Origin: a virus
DNA length: 64,000 nt
Virus record (IMG/VR): IMGVR_UViG_3300047554_000685
Coordinates: 15,363 to 79,362 of that record
Direction: 5' to 3' (one strand)
Shown: positions 1-9,820 of the stretch, in pieces
How the letters are laid out: every line of letters starts with the position of its first letter
How positions within the stretch are numbered: position 1 is the stretch's first letter
Notes under the pieces: model-generated
What the model was told of the DNA's origin: nothing
The model's database searches: none
The model's input: the letters and a program-made list of their open reading frames with translations, nothing else
Made by a program: the position numbers and the translations under genes

Positions 1-901
1 CCATACGAGCTGCAATCATAAGAGCAGACTGAGGGTCAATAATTACGTGAGACTTTTCCTCGAGGTCGTAGACGTCATCGAGCATACGGTCATATGTCCA
101 TATGTCACCATCAACATGTCCTAGGTTGTCCCAGCAACCGTCGTCCCAGACATAAACCGAACCATCAATGTCAATCATGTAGAGTCGGTCAATACCAGAC
201 CCGTCTAAGCAAACCCGAGCCAAGAACTCTGGGCCGTAGTTTGCGTCAAGCTCGTGAGCGTACTTGAATGGGTTTAGTTCTTCGTTCTGCTTAGGGTAGT
301 TGATCTGATCAACGTAGTTAGAGACAGTGTATCCGCCAGCAGTAACTGACTTCTCTTTCTTGTCTTCGCGCTCAACAATGGCACGCGCCCAGCGCCAAGC
401 AGCGTCTCCACCCCAGAGTGCCCATGCGATACGCCCGTTAGATGGAAAATTGTCTTGGCCAGGCTTCCAGCCCTTACCCTTTTTATCAACTTCGTGACGA
501 GGGAAATACTTTGCAATATGGCGGATCTTGCGAATGCCAATTTGACCACCCTTAGCAAGGGTGCGGGCAGTATTCAAGCCAACAGGAGTTCCGCCTCGGC
601 CTTCTTCTTTACGCCATTCCAAAGCTTTCTTTGCCTCGGCTTGGGCGGACTTAGGAATGGTATACATTCTATCGGCAGAGGCAACAATTGCATCTTCTTC
701 TAGAGTGGCTAGAACCTTCTCGGCTAAAAGGGTTTCGGACCTAGTTAAAGGAGTATCCGAGGTCTCCCATTTGTTTTCTGCAAAGAGGTCTAATGCCACA
801 CCGCTGGCAACGACGGCTCCTACGGCAGTGTCAATAACTACACCGTGTGTATTGTTAGCATAGAATGCTAGTTCGCCAGAGCGGCCGATTAGGTGGTTCA
901 T
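1..901 (-). CDS. Phage head-associated protein (partial, runs off window end)
   Basis: Not in ORF track. Translated by hand from ATG at 901 (MNHLIGRSGELAFY...), open to position 1. Contains EAKKALEWRKEEGRGGTPVG...KYFPRHEVDKKGKGW...PSNGRIAWALWGGDA, a motif seen in phage head-morphogenesis proteins. GTAAAAT promoter-like motif about 40 nt upstream. Confidence 0.75.
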   Translation of the reverse strand, partial: MNHLIGRSGELAFYANNTHGVVIDTAVGAVVASGVALDLFAENKWETSDTPLTRSETLLAEKVLATLEEDAIVASADRMYTIPKSAQAEAKKALEWRKEEGRGGTPVGLNTARTLAKGGQIGIRKIRHIAKYFPRHEVDKKGKGWKPGQDNFPSNGRIAWALWGGDAAWRWARAIVEREDKKEKSVTAGGYTVSNYVDQINYPKQNEELNPFKYAHELDANYGPEFLARVCLDGSGIDRLYMIDIDGSVYVWDDGCWDNLGHVDGDIWTYDRMLDDVYDLEEKSHVIIDPQSALMIAARM

Positions 902-962
902 CCATCAATCCTATAAAGTCAGAAACCCTAGACTAATTTTACCCGTTATTTATCAAAGTGAT

Positions 963-1130
963 TTATTTATCGGGTGTGATATCTTTGATAACAACGCCAT
1001 TCTCGTCTACAAATTCGCTGTCATCTTCATAATCTGGTACTGGGTTTCCGATCACTTTTGCTAAAAGGGCCCAATACTCAGGATCATTTTCAGTATATCC
1101 GCCTAGCATGTCAGGCTTTTCTTTACTCAT
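963..1130 (-). CDS. Small acidic hypothetical protein (55 aa)
   Basis: Hand translation MSKEKPDMLGGYTENDPEYWALLAKVIGNPVPDYEDDSEFVDENGVVIKDITPDK; start overlaps the stop of the ArdC ORF (ATGAGTAA). Confidence 0.6.
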   Translation of the reverse strand: MSKEKPDMLGGYTENDPEYWALLAKVIGNPVPDYEDDSEFVDENGVVIKDITPDK

Positions 1131-3303
1131 CTGAGTCTCCATCTGATTTAGATTTGTTTGATGCTCGGTAACCCTCGATAGGGCTCCAGTCTCCCAGATC
1201 CATACCTAGCAAATAGTCTACTACCTTCTGAGCCTCGGAAGATGCTTTCATAACCATATCCGGGTTGTCTTGTAGTGCTTCTAGCCAGCTCTTTACATAC
1301 GCTGCAGTGTTATCAAAGTCACTGTTAACACCAAACATGCTAGCAAGGATTGCTGCAGAGATTTCTGCAATAAGTTCCTCTTCACCTCTAGCCGCATTAT
1401 CAGTTCCGTAGTTCTTGGTTAGTTCGGTACGGTCAAGGCGATCCTTGTGTCCGGTGCTGTGGGCAAGCTCGTGAGTAATAGTGTCAAACATATCTTCTGG
1501 ACTATTGAACTGCTCCTTGGTTGGGAGGGTAATGACGTCAGAAGCTGGGTTCCAGTTTGGAGAAGAAGAGTGGCTACCATACTCACCTACGTAGGTATAA
1601 GAAACTTCAGGGGCTTTCAAACCCTTAGCTTCCATAGACTTGCGGTATCGCTCTAGGATGAAGTCCTGAGACTCTAAAGGAGTTTTAGGTTCGCCAGCTT
1701 CAGCCTTAACCGTAGGCAGGTTTAGGCCGTCAATCTGCTCAACGTTAAATACGGTCTTTACACCAAATGTTACGTAGCTACCAGTTACCTTTTCTTCTCC
1801 GGTTGAAGAGTCTTTCTCTTTCTTAACCCTCTTGTAAGGAACAAGGATTTGTACACCCTTCTCGCCCTTACGAACCTGCCCGCCTAGCTCGGTGGCTTGG
1901 TTGTAAGTCATCCAGCGTGGGTCGCTATATCCAGATAGTTGCTGATAGAGCTTAAGAACAATCGAGTTGATGCCGCTATAGATGTGTTTTGACGCTGGGT
2001 TGCGCGGAACGAATGCACCAGCATAGTTAGCATCATCCTTGAATGGTTTACGCCAAGGAGCCTTACCTTCTTTAATCTTTTCCAGTAAGCCAGACAGAAC
2101 TCGCTCTTTAGCATCCTTGCTGTCAGATACTGATTTAGCACGGTTGAAAGGTTTTTTGCCTGGGGCTTGATTAAACCCTAGAAGGGGAGCATCAACTGAA
2201 TCAGGGTTAGTGTCCGGGTTAAGGCTTGAGTCTTCTGGAGTAGTAGACGCCATTCTTGCTGACTGTAGGGTCGGAGCAACCTTAGTCTTTAGCGGGTTCC
2301 ACTGAGGAAGGACGTCATTACCTAGTAGGTAGTCGGCAGCCAACTGAGCACGGGTCATGGCGTCAGTCACAGCCTTGTCCGCATCAATGCCATCTAGGTT
2401 TCTGATGTGAGTGAGCAGGTAGCTGATCGAGTTCTCTGGGTCAGCATCAAGACCAAACATCTTTGCTAGAAGCATGGAGCCTAACTCAGCGGTTAGCTCT
2501 TCTTCTGCGTAGGCATTACTATTTCCATCCAATGCCTTCTTAACTTCTTCTCGGTTAAGTCGGTTAGTTCTACCCGTGCTGTGGATTAGTTCGTGGGCAA
2601 TAGCGTTGAACCAAGACTCGTCGCTATCAAAGTTTGCTCGGAGTGGTAGTCGTACTTTATCTACATCTCTACCGTAGCTTGGTTGCCAGCGAGGATTCTG
2701 ATCTTTATCTAGTTGAATACCATAGAGCTCTGGTTGCTTGATACCGCGGATCTCGGCCGCCTCGCGCATTCTGTCGAGAACAATGTCTACAGCCTCTTTT
2801 GCGGTGTAAGACTTGTTTTCGTCAGCGTTGTATGGATCGATTCCTTGGATCTGGTCACCATTAAAAACAGTGACTTTTCTAAACTCAAAGTGCTCAACAA
2901 CCTTGCCATCACGACTGGTGACAAAGAAACTAGGTACAAGAATCTGAGTACCCTTGGTTCCAGCCGAGATAGAGCCACCAGCCTGAGCAACCTGAGAAGC
3001 AGTCATCCAGCGAGGATCACTGAACCCATTTTCTGAGGCCGCGGCTTCTAGAGCAATCATGTTAGGGCCGGTGTAGTGGGTGTTGCTTGCAGGGTTGACT
3101 GGAAGAGGGCGATTAGCGTCCCTGCTCCACTTACGTACCCATTCTTTTAGTTTTCTAGGGTTGCGTAGTTTTTCTAGGACATCGCTTAGAACGCTAGACG
3201 CTGCAGCCTTATTTGCCTCTGTTACAGAAGCCAACTTCTCATCTAGCTGTTCTTCAGTCAACTCGAGCGGATTAGTTCTAGACCCCGGCTCGCCTTCAGG
3301 CAC
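1123..3303 (-). CDS. Tandem ArdC-like (DUF1738 ssDNA-binding) + zincin metallopeptidase domains, two copies; probably the C-terminal part of a frameshift fusion
   Basis: Two ArdC-N units (P.NPAS...Y.G.N...DPRWMT..Q....GG....G.KG.QILVP...VFN..QI.G), each followed by HELIH/HELAH and EEL.AE motifs. The frame stays open upstream to about 3432 with no clear RBS before the GTG at 3303. Confidence 0.85.
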   Translation of the reverse strand: MPEGEPGSRTNPLELTEEQLDEKLASVTEANKAAASSVLSDVLEKLRNPRKLKEWVRKWSRDANRPLPVNPASNTHYTGPNMIALEAAASENGFSDPRWMTASQVAQAGGSISAGTKGTQILVPSFFVTSRDGKVVEHFEFRKVTVFNGDQIQGIDPYNADENKSYTAKEAVDIVLDRMREAAEIRGIKQPELYGIQLDKDQNPRWQPSYGRDVDKVRLPLRANFDSDESWFNAIAHELIHSTGRTNRLNREEVKKALDGNSNAYAEEELTAELGSMLLAKMFGLDADPENSISYLLTHIRNLDGIDADKAVTDAMTRAQLAADYLLGNDVLPQWNPLKTKVAPTLQSARMASTTPEDSSLNPDTNPDSVDAPLLGFNQAPGKKPFNRAKSVSDSKDAKERVLSGLLEKIKEGKAPWRKPFKDDANYAGAFVPRNPASKHIYSGINSIVLKLYQQLSGYSDPRWMTYNQATELGGQVRKGEKGVQILVPYKRVKKEKDSSTGEEKVTGSYVTFGVKTVFNVEQIDGLNLPTVKAEAGEPKTPLESQDFILERYRKSMEAKGLKAPEVSYTYVGEYGSHSSSPNWNPASDVITLPTKEQFNSPEDMFDTITHELAHSTGHKDRLDRTELTKNYGTDNAARGEEELIAEISAAILASMFGVNSDFDNTAAYVKSWLEALQDNPDMVMKASSEAQKVVDYLLGMDLGDWSPIEGYRASNKSKSDGDSDE

Positions 3304-3401
3304 TGAAGGGCGAACAGAGTTATCAGCCGCAGACTTGCGGTACTTATCTAGAATGCTCTTGATTCTGTCTAAATCTGGAGCGTCCTGATCTAATCCAGGC
3401 T

Positions 3402-3432
3402 CAGCCCCCTCGCTGGGGGCTAGGCTTTTGGG
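3402..3432 (-). promoter_or_regulatory. Putative -1 programmed ribosomal frameshift signal
   Basis: In-frame heptamer C CCA AAA (3432-3426), 4 nt spacer, then hairpin AGCCCCC-AGCGA-GGGGGCT (3421-3403); the -1 frame is the frame of the ArdC ORF. Confidence 0.7.
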
Positions 3433-6400
3433 TTTTTCTCGATTAGTGCTCGTAAACGATCAGCATAAGCATCTAGCTTGCGCGCTGCGTTCTCGCCAAT
3501 ACCACGGTTAGTTGAGCGTAACCAACTAACAGCTGATTCGATTGCCCTCAGAATGTCTTCAGGATTATTTCCTACCACATCAATAAGGCCAGCCATATCT
3601 CCTTCGGAGTCGTCGTTTAACAATCGAGCGTAGACATCACCTAATGACTCGTTTTCTTTTGATAGGTTGGCGGCGGCCCATGCGGCGGCGTCCTCGCGAT
3701 CATCAAACTCTTTACTGTAGCTGTCAGAATCGCTCTCGGGAGAATCTACATAACCTACCCATTTGCCAGTTTCTTCATCCTGACGAACTCCACCTTCCCA
3801 GCCGCCTCCGCGAACATCTCCGAGAGGGTACTCTTTGTCGTTCATATGGGCTTCAATGTCAGCAACGTCAGTAGGGTAGTAGTAGTCAAAGAAGTCTTTT
3901 AGATCTTCAAATGCCTTACCAAATTCAAAATCGCTACCCGCATCTTCTGGGTCGCGCTTAGCTGCTTCAATAGGTCCTAGATCGGACTCGATCTTGGCAA
4001 GCAAGTCATCAGCTGCCTTCTTAAGACGAGCTTCTAGGTCCTTACCTCCCTCTGAAGTAGGGCGCATTGAATTGTATGCATCCATTAGCTCGGAGTATAG
4101 GTAGTAAGCATCATCAATATCGTTCGGGTCAAGGCCCTCGACGAAGTCTTTGCCTAGGAATGCATAGCCTTTTTCATCGCTGTTCTCGGTTTCCTCGGCC
4201 AAAGAAACTAGCTCTGGTTTCATCTGCTCCCAAGAAGTTCCGTACTGCTTTCCGGCTGCTTGATCAAAACCCTTATCACCAGACTCTAACTTGGCAATTG
4301 CATCATCCATGTCGCTTGACCAGCGGCCATAACGCTCGTCGGCTCGTAGACGCTTTAGTGCATCTAGGTCACCCTTAGAAACTAGCGAGTCAATGTAGTT
4401 ATTGATTCCGCCCTCAACGTCATCCATTTCTTTCAGCATGCTGATGATAGATGAAACATCGCCCTTTGAGCGGTTCTCTAGGTCCTTGAGAATTTCATCG
4501 CGATCAGCGTCAGATAGGCCCTTAGCGTAGACGTCACGCTTTACAGAGTCAATCATCTTCTGAGAAGGCTTGCCGTACTGCCCCAAGTTTTCCTTGTCAC
4601 CAAGGTCGCGGAGCTTACCGATGAATCCACCAGCCTGAGCCTTAGTCAGGTTGTTTCCTTCTAGAGCCTCTTTGATAGCCTGAGCAGTTTCTGAGTCAAT
4701 ACCTGACTTGGTCTCAGAGAGGTTCTTAAGGTAGTTGTATTGGGCTTCGGTTGCTGGCTCCATCATCTTTGGAGATAGAGTTTTGCCTGGAGCTTGGTCG
4801 AAGCCGTCAATATCAACTCCAGCGTTTTCAAGCATGTCTGCAATCAGCTCTGGATCTTCGTTGGCATAGAAGTCAATAAAGTCTTCAGCGTAGTACTGAG
4901 GCTTCTGCATTACACGCTTGCCATCTGGGTGATCTACCGCTACGTCATAGACCATGTCATAGAACTCGTCTGGGTTCGTCCGACGCAATTTAAGGAGGTA
5001 GTCCCTCATTGACTCGGCTACGCTGTCTTTGGTGTCTTGATCTAGTTCGTCCCAAGCATCGGCGATACTTTTACCAGAAGCTTGATCAAATCCAGGCTCT
5101 TCTTCGCCCTTACGTGCGTTGATGTCTGCTAGGGCGTCCTCAATCTGAGACTGGTACTCGCTGTAGCTCGGATCATTTACGATGTCCTCGAGGAAGTCCG
5201 AGTCATCTCCGTCAATCGCAGCCTGAACTTCATCTGCCTTTGCCTGATCAGCGTCCGCAAGATTCTTCTGCTTACGCGAGTCTAGGGCCTCCGCGTTGGT
5301 GCGAATGTCTTCAACAATCTTGTCAAAAATTCCACCAGTAGTGTCGTTAGCAATGTCACGCTCGGCACCAAGTGCATCAGCAACATTAGACGAGTCACGT
5401 AGACGCTCGGCAATCTGGTTTGCCTCGTCCATCTTGTCAGAAACCTCTGCCTCAGATAGTCCGTCAGCTTCCAGTGAGTTTTGGTAGTCCTCTAGGGCTT
5501 GGTCAATTGCAGACTCTACATCAGCGTGAGCTGAGTCGTATTCGCTGTCAAACTCACTGTCAATTCCTGCAGCTTGGTCAAAGCCTTCGGTCTGCTGGCG
5601 GTCTGGACGACGACGTAGCTTAGCGGTGAGCTTCTCAATTGAGTCACGATCTAGTCCTGCGTCAAGCTGAGCAAGAATGTCGTTCATCTCGTCAGGAGTC
5701 AATTCTTTGGTAGTTAGGTAACCCTGAAGCGAGTTGATCTGACGCTCGGTTGGCTTGGTTGGATCAACACCAGGCTTAAAAGGCTTCTTAGTTAGGTCAC
5801 CAAACAGAGAGGCCATCTGGGCCTTTGTTAGGTTCTTGTTAGCTAGAGCATCGTCAATAGCCTTTTGAGTGACAGGGTCAATACCGTCACGCTCTGAGTT
5901 AAGCTCCTCAAGAAGTGCATACTGCTTGTCAGTAGCTGGCTCCATCTGCTTTTCAGATAGTGGCTTAGCTGGTGCATCCGCCTTATCTTCGCCAGTCTTC
6001 TGGTCAAGACCAGCAGGTGGCTCGAGTTCATCTAGCTTCTTGTCTAGGTGCGCGTTGATGCCTTTACGAATATCAGAAGCAATGTCAGTTTCATCATAGG
6101 TCGGGCCAGCAGTGCCAGTAGCGACTTCATCGCCATCTTCGTTGTAGACGCCCCAGTTGCGGTAACCGTCTTCGTCTTCATCGCCAACCCAGATGCTATC
6201 ATCGCTGTCGCCATTGAAGATCTTGTTTGCAAGCTCGTCTACCTTGTTAAGTAGACCTTCCTTATCAACAGCCATGCGAGCCTGCTCCTGAGCTGCATCG
6301 GCTTGCTCCTTCTCCCACTTAGCACGGGCACGCTTCTCTACCTGCTCTGGAGAATTGTAGAAGTCTTCCTGAGCCTTACGGTCAGCTTCACGCTTAGCCT

Positions 6401-8597
6401 TCTTCTCTTCTGCATAGTTAGGGTTCTCTAGACCGTTTTCTGCCATAGCAGCAACACGGTCAAGGAAGTCAGGCCAAGACTCGCGGTTATTACGAAGCAC
6501 AGTCTCAACTGGCTTACCATCTACAGAGACCTGCATTTCGTCCCAAGCGACGTAGCCCTTTTCGTCATCGAACCACGAGCCGTCACGATACTTAACCTCT
6601 ACGCGACCATCTGGAGATGTGTAGGTTTCCTCTCCTCCAGTGAAGTTGCCGTCTGCATCCTCTTCGAGGAAGAACTTGTGATCACCTAGGTCCTTGGCAA
6701 TCTTTTTGCCAGCTGCGCTTAGCTTCGGAGCTTCACCCGGAGCCTGATCAAAACCACCGTCGTCCATACCAGCGCCGAAGTCATCATTGCGCCAAGCTTC
6801 GTAGAGGACATCATAAGCTTTGCTCGGGTCCTGTAGAACTTCAGCAAACTCTTCAGCTGCCTTAAGAGCGTCTTCCTTAGAGTCGTAAGTTTGCTTGTCC
6901 TCGTAGTTATATTCTAGGTTTTCATCAACCAAACCTTGAGGAATAGACTTAGTTACTTCGTACTTGTTGCCCTTACGCTTTACCTCTACAAAGCCTTCGT
7001 CATTACCGTACTCAAAGTCGTCGCCCATGTTGTCAGACTGCTTTAGACGGTTATCTGGGCTGAACCAGCTTTCCTGCTTCAAAAGCTTTTCTAGACCGTC
7101 GCCGGTGTCGCCATCTTCTAGATCTCGGTAGCTTGCACGATACGATCCGATGTATTGACCATCATAGGTAACACTAATTCCAGAAAGGTCGGTGGCTCCA
7201 AAGCCGACGTCACCTTCGCCATCAGCTTCCCAGTTAAGTTCTAGCTTACCATCAGGAGAGGTATACTCGGCCGAGCCGCCCAAGTCTTTCCAGTTCTGAG
7301 GATTTGATAAATGATCCCAGTCAATCGCGCTGTCAAACCAGTTTGAACCCTCTCCGGGCTTCTGATCTAGGCCAGGCTCTTCTGGAGTTTCGTCGCCCTC
7401 TCCATTAAGAGCATCGTAGGTCATACCAATCTTGTTGAGACCAGCCCAGTCCTGACCAACGCCAAGAATCTTGCCGTCTTTGTCGCGGATTTCAAACATC
7501 GGGGTATTTGGATCAATGGCACCGCTCTCGCCTGCGCCTTCGGTCATGTAGTCACCCTCTGGTAGGGTGTCAACAGCCTTTACAGTTTGACCAGTCTTAG
7601 ATGTGAAGGAACCGTCTTCATTCTTGGTCCAACCCTCTGGAGCATCTACACGAGTCTTTAGGAAGTCTTCTAGAGGAATTGCAGAGGCAATATCTGCCTT
7701 GCTCGGGGTCGCAATAGTGCGGTTAGCCTTGAGACCCTTTACCTTAGAAAGTGCGCGCTTAGAGAGAATAGCCTTTACTGGAGCAGTCTTAGCGGCGTCA
7801 ATAGTATAGATACCGTCAGGAATTTCGGGGCTGTCTTTAATCTCAATCTGGAAGTTGTTGGTTCCCTTAGGTGCACCAACAATGCGTGCATCTTCCGAAA
7901 AGATACTTCCGTCTCCGCGACTAAAGAATCCACGTAGACGCCCAAATTCCTCAGCGAATCGGCCATCACGGTGACGACGACGAACCGCTGCCAAAATCTT
8001 TGACATTGCTGAACGCATTGCAAAGCTCATCTTAAAGGCTGCAGTGATAGGAAGTACTACGTCTTCTGGAACATAGCCAGCAGCAACCAATGCGCCAAGC
8101 TTTGCGCTGGCGTAGTCAGCCTCTACAGAACCAGGCTTGGTTGCGTAGGCCGCGTAAACATCAAGACGAGCCTGCTCCGAGGCAATGCGAGGGTCACTAG
8201 CTACCCAAAGGGCGGTGACTCGAGATAGGGCAGAGGCAGTCATAGCACCACGGTTAGTACGTGACGGGTGTCCTAGAGGAAGGAAGTCGGTGTATTCGCC
8301 AAGGCCAGAAGCGATAATACCGTGGTGAGAGTAGTTAAGGACGTTGTCTACAGCATTTGCTGCAAATAGCATCCACTCGCTTGGGTCAGCATCTAGATTG
8401 AAGTGGATTGCGGTTTCGATGATGTTATCAATCGAAGCGTCTGACACCTGACGGGCCGAAGCAACCAGTGCATTCTGAGTCTTCGCGTACTCTACGATCG
8501 CTAGTTTAGAGAGGTGCTCTGCATCCTCGGTTGTGTAGTCGCGATCAGCGTAGAAGTTTTCAATCTTGCTGATGAGATTAGTGAATGCTGAGCTCAC
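3420..8597 (-). CDS. Giant acidic modular (polyvalent-type) virion/head-associated protein
   Basis: ORF track gives 1733 aa from 8621; likely start is GTG at 8597 after AGGAAGG. Contains RRHRDGRF, repeated G[FL]DQ linkers, duplicated YTSPDG modules and duplicated EPAT..Q...NLTKAQ modules. Lies in the head operon downstream of portal. Confidence 0.75.
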   Translation of the reverse strand: MSSAFTNLISKIENFYADRDYTTEDAEHLSKLAIVEYAKTQNALVASARQVSDASIDNIIETAIHFNLDADPSEWMLFAANAVDNVLNYSHHGIIASGLGEYTDFLPLGHPSRTNRGAMTASALSRVTALWVASDPRIASEQARLDVYAAYATKPGSVEADYASAKLGALVAAGYVPEDVVLPITAAFKMSFAMRSAMSKILAAVRRRHRDGRFAEEFGRLRGFFSRGDGSIFSEDARIVGAPKGTNNFQIEIKDSPEIPDGIYTIDAAKTAPVKAILSKRALSKVKGLKANRTIATPSKADIASAIPLEDFLKTRVDAPEGWTKNEDGSFTSKTGQTVKAVDTLPEGDYMTEGAGESGAIDPNTPMFEIRDKDGKILGVGQDWAGLNKIGMTYDALNGEGDETPEEPGLDQKPGEGSNWFDSAIDWDHLSNPQNWKDLGGSAEYTSPDGKLELNWEADGEGDVGFGATDLSGISVTYDGQYIGSYRASYRDLEDGDTGDGLEKLLKQESWFSPDNRLKQSDNMGDDFEYGNDEGFVEVKRKGNKYEVTKSIPQGLVDENLEYNYEDKQTYDSKEDALKAAEEFAEVLQDPSKAYDVLYEAWRNDDFGAGMDDGGFDQAPGEAPKLSAAGKKIAKDLGDHKFFLEEDADGNFTGGEETYTSPDGRVEVKYRDGSWFDDEKGYVAWDEMQVSVDGKPVETVLRNNRESWPDFLDRVAAMAENGLENPNYAEEKKAKREADRKAQEDFYNSPEQVEKRARAKWEKEQADAAQEQARMAVDKEGLLNKVDELANKIFNGDSDDSIWVGDEDEDGYRNWGVYNEDGDEVATGTAGPTYDETDIASDIRKGINAHLDKKLDELEPPAGLDQKTGEDKADAPAKPLSEKQMEPATDKQYALLEELNSERDGIDPVTQKAIDDALANKNLTKAQMASLFGDLTKKPFKPGVDPTKPTERQINSLQGYLTTKELTPDEMNDILAQLDAGLDRDSIEKLTAKLRRRPDRQQTEGFDQAAGIDSEFDSEYDSAHADVESAIDQALEDYQNSLEADGLSEAEVSDKMDEANQIAERLRDSSNVADALGAERDIANDTTGGIFDKIVEDIRTNAEALDSRKQKNLADADQAKADEVQAAIDGDDSDFLEDIVNDPSYSEYQSQIEDALADINARKGEEEPGFDQASGKSIADAWDELDQDTKDSVAESMRDYLLKLRRTNPDEFYDMVYDVAVDHPDGKRVMQKPQYYAEDFIDFYANEDPELIADMLENAGVDIDGFDQAPGKTLSPKMMEPATEAQYNYLKNLSETKSGIDSETAQAIKEALEGNNLTKAQAGGFIGKLRDLGDKENLGQYGKPSQKMIDSVKRDVYAKGLSDADRDEILKDLENRSKGDVSSIISMLKEMDDVEGGINNYIDSLVSKGDLDALKRLRADERYGRWSSDMDDAIAKLESGDKGFDQAAGKQYGTSWEQMKPELVSLAEETENSDEKGYAFLGKDFVEGLDPNDIDDAYYLYSELMDAYNSMRPTSEGGKDLEARLKKAADDLLAKIESDLGPIEAAKRDPEDAGSDFEFGKAFEDLKDFFDYYYPTDVADIEAHMNDKEYPLGDVRGGGWEGGVRQDEETGKWVGYVDSPESDSDSYSKEFDDREDAAAWAAANLSKENESLGDVYARLLNDDSEGDMAGLIDVVGNNPEDILRAIESAVSWLRSTNRGIGENAARKLDAYADRLRALIEKNPKA

Positions 8598-8669
8598 TTT
8601 AGGCCTTCCTGAGCAGGGCAATAATTGCTTAAGCTATGATACTAGAATTTTACCGTATTACCAGACAAT

Positions 8670-9365
8670 TTATTTTCTAGTTGACTTCGGATGTGCTTTT
8701 GGAAGCAGGTCGTTGTCGGTTGTGTATTTTGAGTTTTTAGGTGAACCAGAGCGTAGTAAATGCAGATAAGCATTTACACGAGCCATGGCCCAAGAGTTGC
8801 GGTTTTGATCTGGTCGGTGGGATGTAGAGAATGCACCTGCACCACGACGGTACACAGCTTTAAGGGCTCCCATGGTAGCTTTTCTACCGTCTGGTGCTTT
8901 CTTGTTGTGTGTTTCCATTTTGTTTTTTAGGGCTGTCACAATTTCTTCAGTAAAGTCTACAGACTTACCCGTGGCTGCTGACCCCTTTTTGTTTTTGCTT
9001 GAACCCTTGATTTGATCTTTCTTAGGTGCTGGCTTCGAACCTGCGGTTGCAGTTACTGCACCGTCCGGGAGAACTGCAAAACGGCAAAGTCCTCCGTCCT
9101 CCACTTCAGCTGCAATAATTGAGCAACCATTAGGTGCGTTGAAGAAAACGCAGTTGCCGCATTTTACGCCGATCTTAGCGTTGTCTTCATTTTCTGAGGC
9201 AGGGGTGTATCCGGCCCAGACGCCAGTGTTGTCATCATTAAATTTGCCATACTTATTCGCAATAAGTTGGAGTGCATCTGCAAGTTCTTGCTCTTCGGGG
9301 ACTAGGTTATATCCACCAGCAACTACAGAATCGTCTTTTTTGAATACATCACCAACATAAGACAT
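8670..9365 (-). CDS. Phage head-region protein with Cys-rich (HiPIP-like CxxC..C..C) domain and conserved C-terminal domain
   Basis: KCGNCVFF...CSII...GLCRF and LKAVYRRGAGAFSTSHRP...WAMARVNAYL; ATG at 9365 coupled to dps stop (TAATG). Confidence 0.65.
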   Translation of the reverse strand: MSYVGDVFKKDDSVVAGGYNLVPEEQELADALQLIANKYGKFNDDNTGVWAGYTPASENEDNAKIGVKCGNCVFFNAPNGCSIIAAEVEDGGLCRFAVLPDGAVTATAGSKPAPKKDQIKGSSKNKKGSAATGKSVDFTEEIVTALKNKMETHNKKAPDGRKATMGALKAVYRRGAGAFSTSHRPDQNRNSWAMARVNAYLHLLRSGSPKNSKYTTDNDLLPKAHPKSTRK

Positions 9366-9820
9366 TACTGAACCCCTAAAGTCGATTTCAATTGCCATTG
9401 CCACTTCTTGTGCATGTCAATGCGCCCGGCTAGGAAGTCAGCAATGCCTTGCTCATTGCATGCATCAGCAATGCCGAAAGCCTGCTCATAGCAAAGAAGC
9501 ACTCCCTGATTAACGCGAGCCAAAGATTCAACCATAGAGACCGGATCTCCAAGCTCCCTCTCTTGACGAACAATACAAGTTAGTTCTACGAAGTCGGTGA
9601 CTAGGTACGGGGCGTCATAGCCTAGCTTGCGGATGTTTTCAGCAAGAGGGTCAATGGCGCTATCAACATCAGAATAGATCTCTGCAAAAAAATCATGGAA
9701 CTGATGAAAAGTAAGACCCTTCACATTCCAGTGATATCCCTGAGCTAGAAACCCAAAGGTAGTTACATCAGCTAATAGATGTGCTAGTTGCTCTGCTAGC
9801 CCGTCCTTCTCATGGGTCAT
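9365..9820 (-). CDS. dps: Dps family ferritin-like DNA-protection protein
   Basis: HWNVKG..FHQFHDFF.E.Y....D.LAE.IR.LG ferroxidase signature, C-terminal HKKWQWQL. Confidence 0.92.
   Translation of the reverse strand: MTHEKDGLAEQLAHLLADVTTFGFLAQGYHWNVKGLTFHQFHDFFAEIYSDVDSAIDPLAENIRKLGYDAPYLVTDFVELTCIVRQERELGDPVSMVESLARVNQGVLLCYEQAFGIADACNEQGIADFLAGRIDMHKKWQWQLKSTLGVQ

Noticed and set aside
274-863. ORF-track ORFs 274-558(-), 455-703(+), 561-863(+)
   Set aside because: Shadows of the real minus-strand gene starting at 901, which the track misses because it runs off the window.
3420-3422. Stop-codon readthrough or alternative genetic code at the giant ORF's TAG
   Set aside because: The same frame hits another TAG within ten codons, TAG ends many normal genes here, and no suppressor tRNA is seen; the -1 frame fits.
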